Shown: piece by piece, positions 11,475 to 20,529 of the stretch
Layout: every line of letters starts with the position of its first letter
Position numbering within the stretch: position 1 is the stretch's first letter
Source: an uncultured Chloroflexia bacterium
Lineage (GTDB): Bacteria > Chloroflexota > Anaerolineae > Anaerolineales > Villigracilaceae
Direction of reading: 5' to 3'
DNA length: 64,000 nucleotides
Assembly (NCBI GenBank): GCA_963829615.1
Contig: CAWHJM010000006.1
Coordinates: 125,151 to 189,150, forward strand
The notes under the pieces: generated by a model
Seen by the model: the letters and a program-made list of their open reading frames with translations, nothing else
The model's database searches: none
What the model was told of the DNA's origin: nothing
Program-made: the position numbers and the translations under genes

Positions 11475-12611
11475 ATGAAACGATTTAGCCTGTCGCTTGC
11501 ATTGATTTCAATCACCCTCATGGTGAATGCCCTGGGATGTTCGGATGTCCACTACCGATTACACCGGAACGCCTCTGACTCAGCCGCACCTGCTGACGTT
11601 ACCGAAACGCCTGGATTCGAGCTGACGGAGGTTCCGCTCCCGGCCGGGTATGGTGCACACGCTTCCTGGATCGATATCTACTTCACCGACCCTGAGAGCC
11701 CATTGGCGTCTCAAGAAACTGGTGGCCCCGATAGCCCTCTGGTGGAATCGATCGATGCTGCTCGCCTGACTGTGGATGTGGCAATTTACAGCCTGAGTCT
11801 GACGAGCATTCGCGATGCTCTCATCCACGCACAAGAACGTGGTGTCCAGGTGCGTGTAGTGATGGAAAGCGATAATCTCGACAGCTCCGCACCGCAGAAA
11901 TTGATTGAGGCGGGCATCCCTGTGCTGGGTGACCGCCGCGAAGGATTGATGCACGACAAATTTGCGGTGATCGATCGCTCGGAAGTCTGGTTGGGATCGA
12001 TGAATTATACATTTTCCGGAACTTATGAGGACAATAACGATCTCATCCATGTTCGTTCGGTAAAAATGGCAGAAGATTATACAAAAGAATTCGAAGAGAT
12101 GTTCCTGGACGATAAGTTTGGCACGGATGTCGTGCCTGAAACGCCCAATCCGGATTTCAGCATCGACGGTACGCATGTGGAAGTTTATTATTCGCCAGAC
12201 GATGGCGTTGCAAGTCGAGTATATGACATCTTAACAGAGGCTGAAAAAAGTATCTACTTTCTGGCTTTTTCATTTACTTCTGATGATTTGGGCCAAATCA
12301 TTCGTACACAGGCTGAAAATGGATTGGATGTAGCCGGTGTGATGGATGCAGATCAAGTTAAATCGAACATCGGTACGGAGTATGACCCTTTCAAACAAGC
12401 TGGCCTAAAGGTTTTTGTTGACGGGAATAAAGGTTTGATGCACCATAAAACTATGATCATTGATGATCGAGTTGTCATTACCGGTTCATATAATTTCACT
12501 CGCAGTGCCGAAACCCGCAATGACGAAAATCTTGTTGTCTTATACAACCCCGCAATTGCCAATTTTTATATGGAAGAGTTTAACCGTATTTACAACCAGG
12601 CGCAGAAGTAA
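11475..12611 (+). CDS. Phospholipase D-family lipoprotein (two HKD motifs)
   Basis: It has a lipobox (VNALGCS). HKD motifs are 'HDKFAVIDRSEVWLGSMNYT' and 'HHKTMIIDDRVVITGSYNFT'. An RBS AGGAGAG lies upstream. Confidence 0.85.
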   Translation: MKRFSLSLALISITLMVNALGCSDVHYRLHRNASDSAAPADVTETPGFELTEVPLPAGYGAHASWIDIYFTDPESPLASQETGGPDSPLVESIDAARLTVDVAIYSLSLTSIRDALIHAQERGVQVRVVMESDNLDSSAPQKLIEAGIPVLGDRREGLMHDKFAVIDRSEVWLGSMNYTFSGTYEDNNDLIHVRSVKMAEDYTKEFEEMFLDDKFGTDVVPETPNPDFSIDGTHVEVYYSPDDGVASRVYDILTEAEKSIYFLAFSFTSDDLGQIIRTQAENGLDVAGVMDADQVKSNIGTEYDPFKQAGLKVFVDGNKGLMHHKTMIIDDRVVITGSYNFTRSAETRNDENLVVLYNPAIANFYMEEFNRIYNQAQK

Positions 12612-12794
12612 AGTATGTTCCAGCATTTCGACTTTTCTGGTAACTTGAGTTTCGTATTTATCCATATTCAGGTTTGCTGCGATTACGTTTGTTAGTGAGG
12701 TTCTCGAGGCAATTCCTGCTATTCGTCTTGATATCCTGCAATTCAATTGGTGGCAGCAATTTATCGGTTGTAGCTATTTAATATACAGGAGCAG

Positions 12795-13265
12795 ATGACC
12801 AGTCAACCAGATGCGTATCGTGAACTTTTTCAGATGAGGGCTCTCACTACGCGCCTGACTCCATCCTTGGCCTTAAGCCTGGGGAATGTTGACGTTACAC
12901 TATTTCTGGTTGCATCTGCATCTTCCTCCCAACCTGTTACAACCCAAACCGGCGATCTAATTCCTATTTCTGCATATTACTACATATGGTTCGATACGGG
13001 GCCTTGGAACCACCTTGCTATCATTTATGAAGGCTTGGAGTTCTATCGCGCTTCCCTCTTTGCCGAACGAATTGGTGCTGATTTAGATTATTTCATAGCA
13101 GTTTATGGGTATTTGTCAGACGTGATAACCAGGTTAAGCACAAGGATGAAAGGATACATTAATTCCTGGAATTGCCAGAATACAATCTTTTTGATGTCGT
13201 TAGCATACTGGTTAGATAAATATATTGCAATGGCAAATCGTCTGAAGGGAATAACTGTTACTTAA
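12795..13265 (+). pseudogene. Internally deleted relic of a GH99-like gene (paralog of 1183..2279)
   Basis: 'ISAYYYIWFDTGPWNH' is followed directly by 'IIYEGLEFYRASLFAERIGADLDYFIAVYG'. In 1183..2279, 'AYYYIWFDSTSWNR' and 'VIYQGLDFNRNPLPADRIAADLDYFIQHFAG' are ~55 aa apart. The rest of the domain is absent. Confidence 0.6.
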
Positions 13266-13267
13266 TC

Positions 13268-14866
13268 ATGAATTTTAGACCTTTCTCGCTTGTTCGTGGT
13301 TGGATGGTGAATCGAACTCTGACGCAGCGCTTATCTTCAATAACGTTGCGCAAGTGGAATCAAGCCACTGTTACTCACTATATAGCTCTTGTCCTTATCA
13401 TGAGTATAGCTGTTGGTGTACGTGTTTGGGGAGTGAATACAATTGGATATAACACCGATGAAGCCGTATACGCAGGGCAGGCAGCAGCAATTAGCCAGGA
13501 TCCAATTTTGAAGGAAATCTTTCCCGTTTTCCGGGCTCACCCACTGCTATTCCAATTTATGCTAGCGGTGTTATATAGCTTTGGTGTAGCTGATTTGACG
13601 GGAAGGTTGTTAGCAGTTGCAATTGGCACCGCAACTATATATGTTGTCTATCGATTGGGTAGATTGCTTTATGATAAAAATGTCGGTCTGCTGGCGGCGC
13701 TTATTTTGGCACTTATGCCCTATCACGTCATCGTTACCCGGCAGGTTCTTTTGGATGGTCCCCTGGTCTTTTGCTCGACACTGACTCTTTATCTGCTGGC
13801 ACGATACGCCTCGACTGCTCAACCTAGATGGCTTCACGCTGTTGGTGTCGGGATGGGTTTAACCTTCTTGGCTAAGGAAACTGGGATTATTTTGCTGGGT
13901 TCCGTTTACGCTTTTTTAGCCCTAACCCCTGAAATACGGATACGGGTACGAGACTTGGCGATCTCATTAATCTTGATGTTTGTGATGATTGCACCGTTTC
14001 CAATTTCACTATGGCTTGCTGGGAGCTCGACAACTGGTCAGCAATACCTGATCTGGCAATTTTTCCGCCGTCCGAATCACACTTGGGATTTTTACCTTTC
14101 CATCGTTCCAAACTCGATAGGAATCCCGGTTATCATCGCTGCCCTTTTAGGGTTTGTGTTGTTTCGCCATCAAAGAAACTGGCGGGAAAGGCTACTTCTT
14201 TGGTGGATTTTCGTTCCAGTGACCTTTTTTCAGATATGGCCTACCAAAGGTTTTCAATATTTACTCCCAATTGCTCCACCTGTTGCTGTGCTGGCTAGTC
14301 GCACGTTATCTCAATGGAAGCCGGTTCAAATTGTAGCGATCCGGGATTGGAAAATAAGAGTAAGCTGGCTCAAGAACGCTATGATAGGGATTGTGGTTTT
14401 CTCACTTTTGGCTTCGACCTGGCAGATCATACAACCTGCCACTTCAGGCGTCTTTCTTGCCGGAACTGGTGGCGTTCCCGGTGGGCGAGAAGCAGGCATG
14501 TGGGTAAAGGAGAACGTACCCGAGGGGGCTACTTTAATGACTATTGGGCCTTCCATGGCTAACATCCTTAAGTTTTACGGAAATCGTAAGGCTTTAGGGT
14601 TATCAGTTAGTCCGAACCCGCTTCATCGTAATCCTTCCTATGAACCGATTCATAACCCTGACTATCAGATTCGAACCAATGAAATCCAATACCTGGTCTG
14701 GGATTTATATTCTGCTGGGCGTTCGAATTTCTTTTCTGAAAAAATACTTGGACTGGCCAAACGCTATCATGGCCTAGTCGTTCATACCGAATCGGTATCT
14801 GTTACTACAGAAGACGGAACCAAGACCTCCCAAGCTGTAATTGTTATATATAAGGTGCATCCATGA
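13268..14866 (+). CDS. Glycosyltransferase family 39 (PMT/ArnT-like polyprenyl-phosphate-sugar dependent transferase), polytopic membrane protein
   Basis: It is 532 aa with many TM helices. The first-loop 'GYNTDEAVYAGQA' (DE motif) and the overall GT-C/PMT_2 appearance support the call. Its stop overlaps the next start (ATGA at 14863-14866). Confidence 0.75.
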   Translation: MNFRPFSLVRGWMVNRTLTQRLSSITLRKWNQATVTHYIALVLIMSIAVGVRVWGVNTIGYNTDEAVYAGQAAAISQDPILKEIFPVFRAHPLLFQFMLAVLYSFGVADLTGRLLAVAIGTATIYVVYRLGRLLYDKNVGLLAALILALMPYHVIVTRQVLLDGPLVFCSTLTLYLLARYASTAQPRWLHAVGVGMGLTFLAKETGIILLGSVYAFLALTPEIRIRVRDLAISLILMFVMIAPFPISLWLAGSSTTGQQYLIWQFFRRPNHTWDFYLSIVPNSIGIPVIIAALLGFVLFRHQRNWRERLLLWWIFVPVTFFQIWPTKGFQYLLPIAPPVAVLASRTLSQWKPVQIVAIRDWKIRVSWLKNAMIGIVVFSLLASTWQIIQPATSGVFLAGTGGVPGGREAGMWVKENVPEGATLMTIGPSMANILKFYGNRKALGLSVSPNPLHRNPSYEPIHNPDYQIRTNEIQYLVWDLYSAGRSNFFSEKILGLAKRYHGLVVHTESVSVTTEDGTKTSQAVIVIYKVHP

Positions 14867-16248
14867 TCAAACGTTGGAAAAAGTTTATTCCTTTATTTGT
14901 TTTTGGGCTTGCTTTTTTTGTTCTTGATATTACACACGTCTCTGCATCTCATCCCAAATTTCAAACCAGCACACCTATTCAACACATCATTGTTGTGATG
15001 CAACAAAACCACACATTCGACAACTATTTCGGGACTTATCCTGGTTCTGAAGGTATCCCGCCTGATACTTGCTTGCCGAGTTCATTTTCTGTATCGGAAA
15101 ATACAAACACTTCTTGCGTTTCCCCATTCGTGATAGGTAATTATCCTATCAATGACTTAAGCCATACTGATGCGGTGTTCAAAGCTCAATACAACGATGG
15201 ACAGATGGACGGGTTTGTCGCGGCGCTAAACGACAGACATCAAGACGGTACGCTGTCAATGGGTCATTACGATGAAACAACACTTGCTTATTATTGGAAC
15301 CTTGCAGATGAATATGTATTGTTTGATCGTTATTTTATTTCGGCTCACAATGGCAGCATTATGAACCGCATGTATTGGGTGAGTGGTTCACCTGGTAATG
15401 GAATAAACCGCATTCCAGACACTGGTTTTGAAGATATCCCTACAATTTTTGATGCGCTTCAAGAGCGCGGTATTTCCTGGAAGTTTTACGTAAGAAATTA
15501 CGATCCAAATCTTAGTTATAGGAGTCTGAAGGAATTGGACTACCTTCCTCCACAGATACAATGGCTACCTTTATTGAGCATGGATCGCTTCCTAGACGAT
15601 CCAGAGCTTTCCAGTCGCATTGTTGACCTGAATGAATACTATACTGATTTAGAAAACAATACTTTGCCAGCCGTATCTTATGTTCTTTTATTAGGTGCAA
15701 CTGAGCACCCTATAGCCGATATTACGCTGGGGGAGCGGGCTGTAAGGACCATGATTTAAACCCTCATGCAAAGCGAATCCTGGAAAAGTTCAGCATTTTT
15801 GTTGACGTATGATGACTGGGGCGGCTGGTATGATCATGTCCCGCCTCCACAGGTGGATGAATATGGCTATGGCTTTCGAGTTCCAACCTTGCTTGTCAGC
15901 CCATATGCACGGCGAGGCTTTGTAGATCATACCCAACTCGATCATACTTCTATGCTGAAATATATTGAAACGAATTGGGGAATTCCACCTCTTGCAGAAC
16001 GAGATGCTAACGCAAATAATTTTTTATCGGCCTTTGACTTTTCAAGTCCACCTCGATCACCAGTTTTTATCCCTGGAACCCGTTTAGTGCCCAAATCTGG
16101 AGTAGAACCTCGGCATGTTGTAATTTACATTACATATGGTACTGCTATGCTTTTTGCCTCAATCATCTTTGTCCGGGCTAGCACCATTGCCAAAAATTCT
16201 TCTAGACATTCCAAACGACAGGCCGATCAGTCCGATGAGGAAATCTGA
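14863..16248 (+). CDS. PF04185-type phosphoesterase (phospholipase C/acid phosphatase family) with C-terminal TM helix; interrupted by an in-frame TAA at 15757-15759
   Basis: 'HIIVVMQQNHTFDNYFGTYPG' lies N-terminal and 'LLTYDDWGGWYDHVPPP...GFRVPTLLVSPYARRG' lies C-terminal. ORFs 14863..15759 and 15766..16248 are in the same frame and are separated only by the TAA. Confidence 0.75.
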
Positions 16249-16250
16249 CA

Positions 16251-17632
16251 ATGTCCACTATGCTTAGACGATTATGGGTTTGTTCCATAATCCTGTTATT
16301 GAAATTTCTTCATCCTGACTTTTAAGGTTTCTGCCAGCGAGATTATCTACTCTCCTGTATTCCAATCGGGCAAACATAGACCTACGATTGTCACCATTGA
16401 GCAACCAGCACCATTTCTTCTTGGGGATCATCCCACTATAGTTGTGCACCTTACGACATTTGTTCGCCGTGAAGCAATCGCTAACCAGCCTATCAGGATC
16501 TATATAAACGATGTCCAAAAAGCCACAGGCTATACGGATAGTAATGGCATTGCCTATATAAAATTAAAATATAAGTTTTCTTCTGGTTCTTATGAAGTAC
16601 GCGCTACTTTTCCGGGCTCATCTGCTGACGATCTGTACCCTTCTACCGATACGAAAGAAATGTTGGTTGAAACTGCAGATGTCATAATCCGTACCGTACC
16701 GCCAATTGCGGGTGTTCGCATCGTAATTAATGATCAGATCTATACAAGTAATGATAACGGTATCGTCCAATTCAGGATTAACAAAAGCGGTATATATCAT
16801 ATGAAGGTGCTAGAAATGGAAAAGAACGTTTATCAGCCGGATGTTATTGTTAAGTTTGATCGTTGGAACGATAACGTATTTGGGCCCGAACGTGACGTTT
16901 ATTTTCCTCGCAACCGCCCTCTTGAAATCGGTTTTATTCTCGTTCACGCTGTCAACCAGCTTTTTTACGATTCTGCTGGTCAACAAATAAAATCTTCACG
17001 TATCACCTCGTTTTCGATAGGAGGGGTGGGAGAGAATCGATACATTTGAGGATTCTGGTGCGCATTGGTTACCTTCCAATCGGTTGATACGTCGTATTGG
17101 CGAACGTCTTGAAAGCCAGCAAATACTTTATTATGTCAGAAACGTTTCCATTGATGGTGTAAACGTTATTAACCAAAGCGAACAGCGTTTTTACACACGC
17201 CCTCAGAGTACATGGCCGATTAAAGTGTTGCTATACTCAGCTCATTTCTCTAGTCGGGATGCTTTATTTGATTTCCCCATTGGTTCGGGGATTCAGATTG
17301 AGTATCCGAATGGTCGTGTTAAAAAGTTTCCCTTTGATGACCAGGCTGAGGTTGATGTTCCGGCTCTTGCCCGAGGACGGTATAACGTTAGTGTGACCGG
17401 TGCAAGTGGCTCGGCTCCAATCATCCCAGTCTACTTATCACGTGATCAGAGCGTTCAACTAATCGTAATCAGTTACCTTGACATGGCTGTTATATTTGGC
17501 ACACCAATTATTGCCGCTTTAGCCCTCCTTTTTATCGGGCGACCACGCCTGCTATTGATTCTCCGCAATTCATCGAATCCTAAAATGTTCTTCCAACGGA
17601 TTTTCCAACGCAAATCATCTCGTAGATTGTGA
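16251..17632 (+). CDS. Secreted multi-beta-sandwich protein with C-terminal membrane anchor (paralog of 1..560); two +1 frameshifts (~16310 and the G-run at 17023-17026)
   Basis: 'MSTMLRRLWVCSIILLLKF' looks like a signal peptide (frame 3). The protein continues in the 16303../16444..17049 frame and then in 17048../17084..17632. The C-terminal TM helix plus GRPRLL matches copy 1. Function is unknown. Confidence 0.55.
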
Positions 17633-17796
17633 TATGCGTTTTGCAACGAGAAAATAATTGGCCAACTTTATTTACCGGATTGAAGAGCAATTTCAACTTG
17701 GTTTATCGATAGTAACAACAATATCAAACCATCCCGCTATCTCCCGTCACTTTTCAGGTAGTGGGGTATTTTTATTAAAAAGTAACAAAAATACCC

Positions 17797-17821
17797 GTAA
17801 CTTTTTCATGACGGTGACGAC
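17797..17821 (+). promoter_or_regulatory. Candidate ECF-type promoter GTAAC-N16-CGAC upstream of sigma gene 1
   Basis: GTAAC lies at 17797-17801 and CGAC at 17818-17821. The 14-mer ACCCGTAACTTTTT (17793-17806) is repeated identically at 19747-19760 upstream of sigma gene 2, with the same spacing to CGAC. Confidence 0.5.
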
Positions 17822-17915
17822 TACTAAGATGAAAGGATTTTGTTAGCAGTGGTTAACGGTATGAAAGAAAATTTACTTTGTCAGGCCTGGTGATGAGACC
17901 GAGTGGTATACTCTC

Positions 17916-18515
17916 GTGAATGCGCAGAAATCAATTTCATCGAGGTGGGAGCTCGCGTATTCAATGAAGAAATACGAAGGGCTATCTGAATTAGAAGGTC
18001 TGCGGGAATTAGACTCACAAGTCATAGGTGCAGTATATGATCGCTACTTTGAAGATGTCTATCGTTTTGTCTACTACCGGCTGAACGATGAGCAGGTAGC
18101 AGAAGACATCTCCAGCGACGTGTTCGTGCGCTTATTGGAAGCAGTCAAAAAACGACGCGGTCCGCAGACCAATCTCAAAGGCTGGTTACTGGCAACCGCT
18201 TCTCATGCAGTCGCGGACTATCTACGCCAGGCGTACCGGCGACCGACGGAAGAATTATCGGATGCGATGCCTGACAATGGCGCACCGTCCCTGACCGATG
18301 AAGTGGATCGGCGCGAACAGGTTGGTTCGGTCCAGGAGGCATATGCCCAACTTACCCCCGAGCAGCAAAATGTATTGGCATTGCGTTTTGGTGACGGGTA
18401 CTCGCTGGAAGAGACGGCGAGAGTGATGCAAAAGAATGTCAATGCCGTGAAAGCCCTCCAGTTTCGAGCGTTAGCAGCGCTACAACGGAACATTGGGGAG
18501 GTGGCGAATGAATGA
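17916..18515 (+). CDS. ECF-type sigma-70 family RNA polymerase sigma factor (copy 1)
   Basis: Region 2 ('VYDRYFEDVYRFVYYRL...DISSDVFVRL') and region 4 ('LTPEQQNVLALRFGDGYSLEETARVMQKNVNAVKALQFRALAAL') are recognisable. The start is GTG. Confidence 0.85.
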   Translation: MNAQKSISSRWELAYSMKKYEGLSELEGLRELDSQVIGAVYDRYFEDVYRFVYYRLNDEQVAEDISSDVFVRLLEAVKKRRGPQTNLKGWLLATASHAVADYLRQAYRRPTEELSDAMPDNGAPSLTDEVDRREQVGSVQEAYAQLTPEQQNVLALRFGDGYSLEETARVMQKNVNAVKALQFRALAALQRNIGEVANE

Positions 18516-19662
18516 TAAATTGTATGAAGCTTTGGAAGTATGTTTGAATGCCCTTGAAACGGGAGCAGATATTGAGGCCGTTCTCAACCTCTATCCACAA
18601 CTGGCAGACGAACTGCGCCCAGTGTTGGAGGCCTCCATCCAGGCGCGTTCCCTGGCGCTGCCTGCTGTCCCTGAAGCTGCGATGCGACGCGGGCGTGCCC
18701 GCGTTTTGCAGCATGCGGCTGAGATGCGTGAGGCGGCATCCAAGCCGCGTCGACGCTGGTCGATGTTTGCGTTTCCGCGTTTGGCGACTTCCCTGGCGAT
18801 TGCATTGATCTTCTTGTTGAGCGGTACCGGTTTGGTAAGCGCCTCTAATGGCGCATTACCAGGTGATCATCTGTATTCTGTCAAACGCTCCTGGGAAGAT
18901 TTGCGCCTGTTTTTTATGTTCTCTCCTGGAGAACGTGAAGGATTGGAAAGTGAATTCGAACAGAAACGCCTCGATGAGATTTCTACGTTACTAACCGAAG
19001 GACGCAAAGAAACCATCGCATTTGCGGGGCTGGTGACTGCGCAAAATAGCGAGGAGTGGAAGGTTTCAGGAATTACGGTAATGATCACTTCCTCTAGCCG
19101 ACTACCAGCAGATACGGTTTTGGTTGGCGCGCCGGTTATGGTGATTGGCCATACCAATGCACAGGGTTTCGTAGAAGTTGATACTTTAGAAACTTTAGGC
19201 CCAGGTGCTTCCTTGCCACCGCTCGAGCCCTCGCAAATGGAAGCCTCTGATTCAGAAGAGCTACAGGATCATGGTAATGCACCTGAAGTTAATGGTGGCA
19301 ACCAGCAGCCTGAACAGCTTGGAAGTACAGCCTATGATTTCCAAGGTGTCGTTGAGTTAAAGAACGGTAATATCTGGACGATCAACGGCCAACCTGTAAA
19401 TGTGGAGTTCGCTGAGAATAAGAGCCCGGTTTCCATTGGCGTGATTGTGGAGTTTGAAGGTTACTATTCCATTGAAGGACAGTTTATTGCTACCAAACTT
19501 GAAGTTAAGTCAAGTGGCCTGTTCAAAAAGGATCCAGTGAATAGCAACGGGAAGAACATCAGTGACAGTAAATCCAATGGCGGGGGTGGTGGCGATAGTA
19601 ACAGCAATAACAGTGGCAGTAGCAGCAGCGATGGCAGCCAAGACGATGGTGGTGATGACTGA
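18508..19662 (+). CDS. Membrane anti-sigma factor (copy 1): N-terminal cytoplasmic helix bundle, one TM, DUF5667-like and beta-barrel-like extracytoplasmic domains, low-complexity S/N/G/D tail
   Basis: ATG 18508 overlaps the sigma stop (ATGAATGA). The TM is 'FAFPRLATSLAIALIFLLSGTGLVSA'. 'LPGDHLYSVKRSWEDLRLFF' is typical of the DUF5667 start. The gene is positionally coupled to the ECF sigma gene. Confidence 0.7.
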   Translation: MNDKLYEALEVCLNALETGADIEAVLNLYPQLADELRPVLEASIQARSLALPAVPEAAMRRGRARVLQHAAEMREAASKPRRRWSMFAFPRLATSLAIALIFLLSGTGLVSASNGALPGDHLYSVKRSWEDLRLFFMFSPGEREGLESEFEQKRLDEISTLLTEGRKETIAFAGLVTAQNSEEWKVSGITVMITSSSRLPADTVLVGAPVMVIGHTNAQGFVEVDTLETLGPGASLPPLEPSQMEASDSEELQDHGNAPEVNGGNQQPEQLGSTAYDFQGVVELKNGNIWTINGQPVNVEFAENKSPVSIGVIVEFEGYYSIEGQFIATKLEVKSSGLFKKDPVNSNGKNISDSKSNGGGGGDSNSNNSGSSSSDGSQDDGGDD

Positions 19663-19695
19663 CCGTCGGAAATCTACAGAAGATTTAACGTATTT

Positions 19696-19729
19696 GAAGA
19701 CCGCCATTCAAATGGCGGTCTTCTTTTTT
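19696..19729 (+). terminator. Rho-independent terminator after anti-sigma 1
   Basis: GAAGACCGCCATT / AATGGCGGTCTTC stem followed by TTTTTT. Confidence 0.75.
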
Positions 19730-19750
19730 GGAATTGCCGGGAATTTACCC

Positions 19751-19775
19751 GTAACTTTTTGCCCTTGAATACGAC
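19751..19775 (+). promoter_or_regulatory. Candidate ECF-type promoter GTAAC-N16-CGAC upstream of sigma gene 2
   Basis: GTAAC lies at 19751-19755 and CGAC at 19772-19775. It has the same 14-mer and spacing as 17793-17821. Confidence 0.5.
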
Positions 19776-19929
19776 AATTTAAATGATATACACAAAAGAG
19801 CTCTAAATATGTAACTGGTTGCTTACAAATGTATTTCATTTGGAGTTGCCACTCAGGCTCTATCACCAATCATCCTTCCCGTGTATATGTCGGGAAGGGA
19901 TAAAGGCGTATGTGATACATGGGATAGTT

Positions 19930-20529
19930 ATGAGTACCCAGTCAATCTCCCAAAACACAACGAATACGATCGATCACATGGCTCTGCTTGATGCACAAGA
20001 CGAATTAAATGGTTTGAGAGCATTAAACTCACAAGTCATAGGTGCAGTGTATGATCGCTACTTTGAAGATGTCTATCGTTTTGTCTACTACCGGCTGAAC
20101 GATGAGCAGGTAGCAGAAGACATCTCCAGCGACGTGTTCGTGCGCTTATTGGAAGCAGTCAAGAAACGGCGCGGTCCGCAGACCAATCTCAAAGGCTGGT
20201 TACTGGCAACCGCCTCCCATGCAGTCGCGGACTATCTGCGCCAGGCGTACCGGCGACCGACGGAAGAATTATCGGATGCGATGCCCGACAATGGCGCACC
20301 GTCCCTGACCGATGAAGTGGATCGGCGCGAACAGGTTGGTTCGGTCCAGGAGGCATATGCCCAACTTACCCCCGAGCAGCAAAATGTATTGGCATTGCGT
20401 TTTGGTGACGGGTACTCGCTGGAAGAGACGGCGAGAGTGATGCAAAAGAATGTCAATGCCGTGAAAGCCCTCCAGTTTCGGGCGTTAGCAGCGCTGCAAC
20501 GGAACATTGGTGAGGTGGCGAATGAATGA
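19930..20529 (+). CDS. ECF-type sigma-70 family sigma factor (copy 2)
   Basis: From 'SQVIGAVYDRYF' to the C-terminus the protein is identical to copy 1. The DNA at 20027..~20584 matches 18013..~18570 except for ~10 substitutions, all synonymous within the sigma gene as far as I can read. ATG 19930 gives 200 aa (the ORF track starts further upstream at 19819). Confidence 0.85.
   Translation: MSTQSISQNTTNTIDHMALLDAQDELNGLRALNSQVIGAVYDRYFEDVYRFVYYRLNDEQVAEDISSDVFVRLLEAVKKRRGPQTNLKGWLLATASHAVADYLRQAYRRPTEELSDAMPDNGAPSLTDEVDRREQVGSVQEAYAQLTPEQQNVLALRFGDGYSLEETARVMQKNVNAVKALQFRALAALQRNIGEVANE

Noticed and set aside
15757-15759. Stop-codon reassignment (TAA read as sense) to explain the in-frame TAA
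   Set aside because: TAA terminates several well-delimited genes in the same window (for example 1183..2279 and 43770..44816), so a global recoding is not supported.
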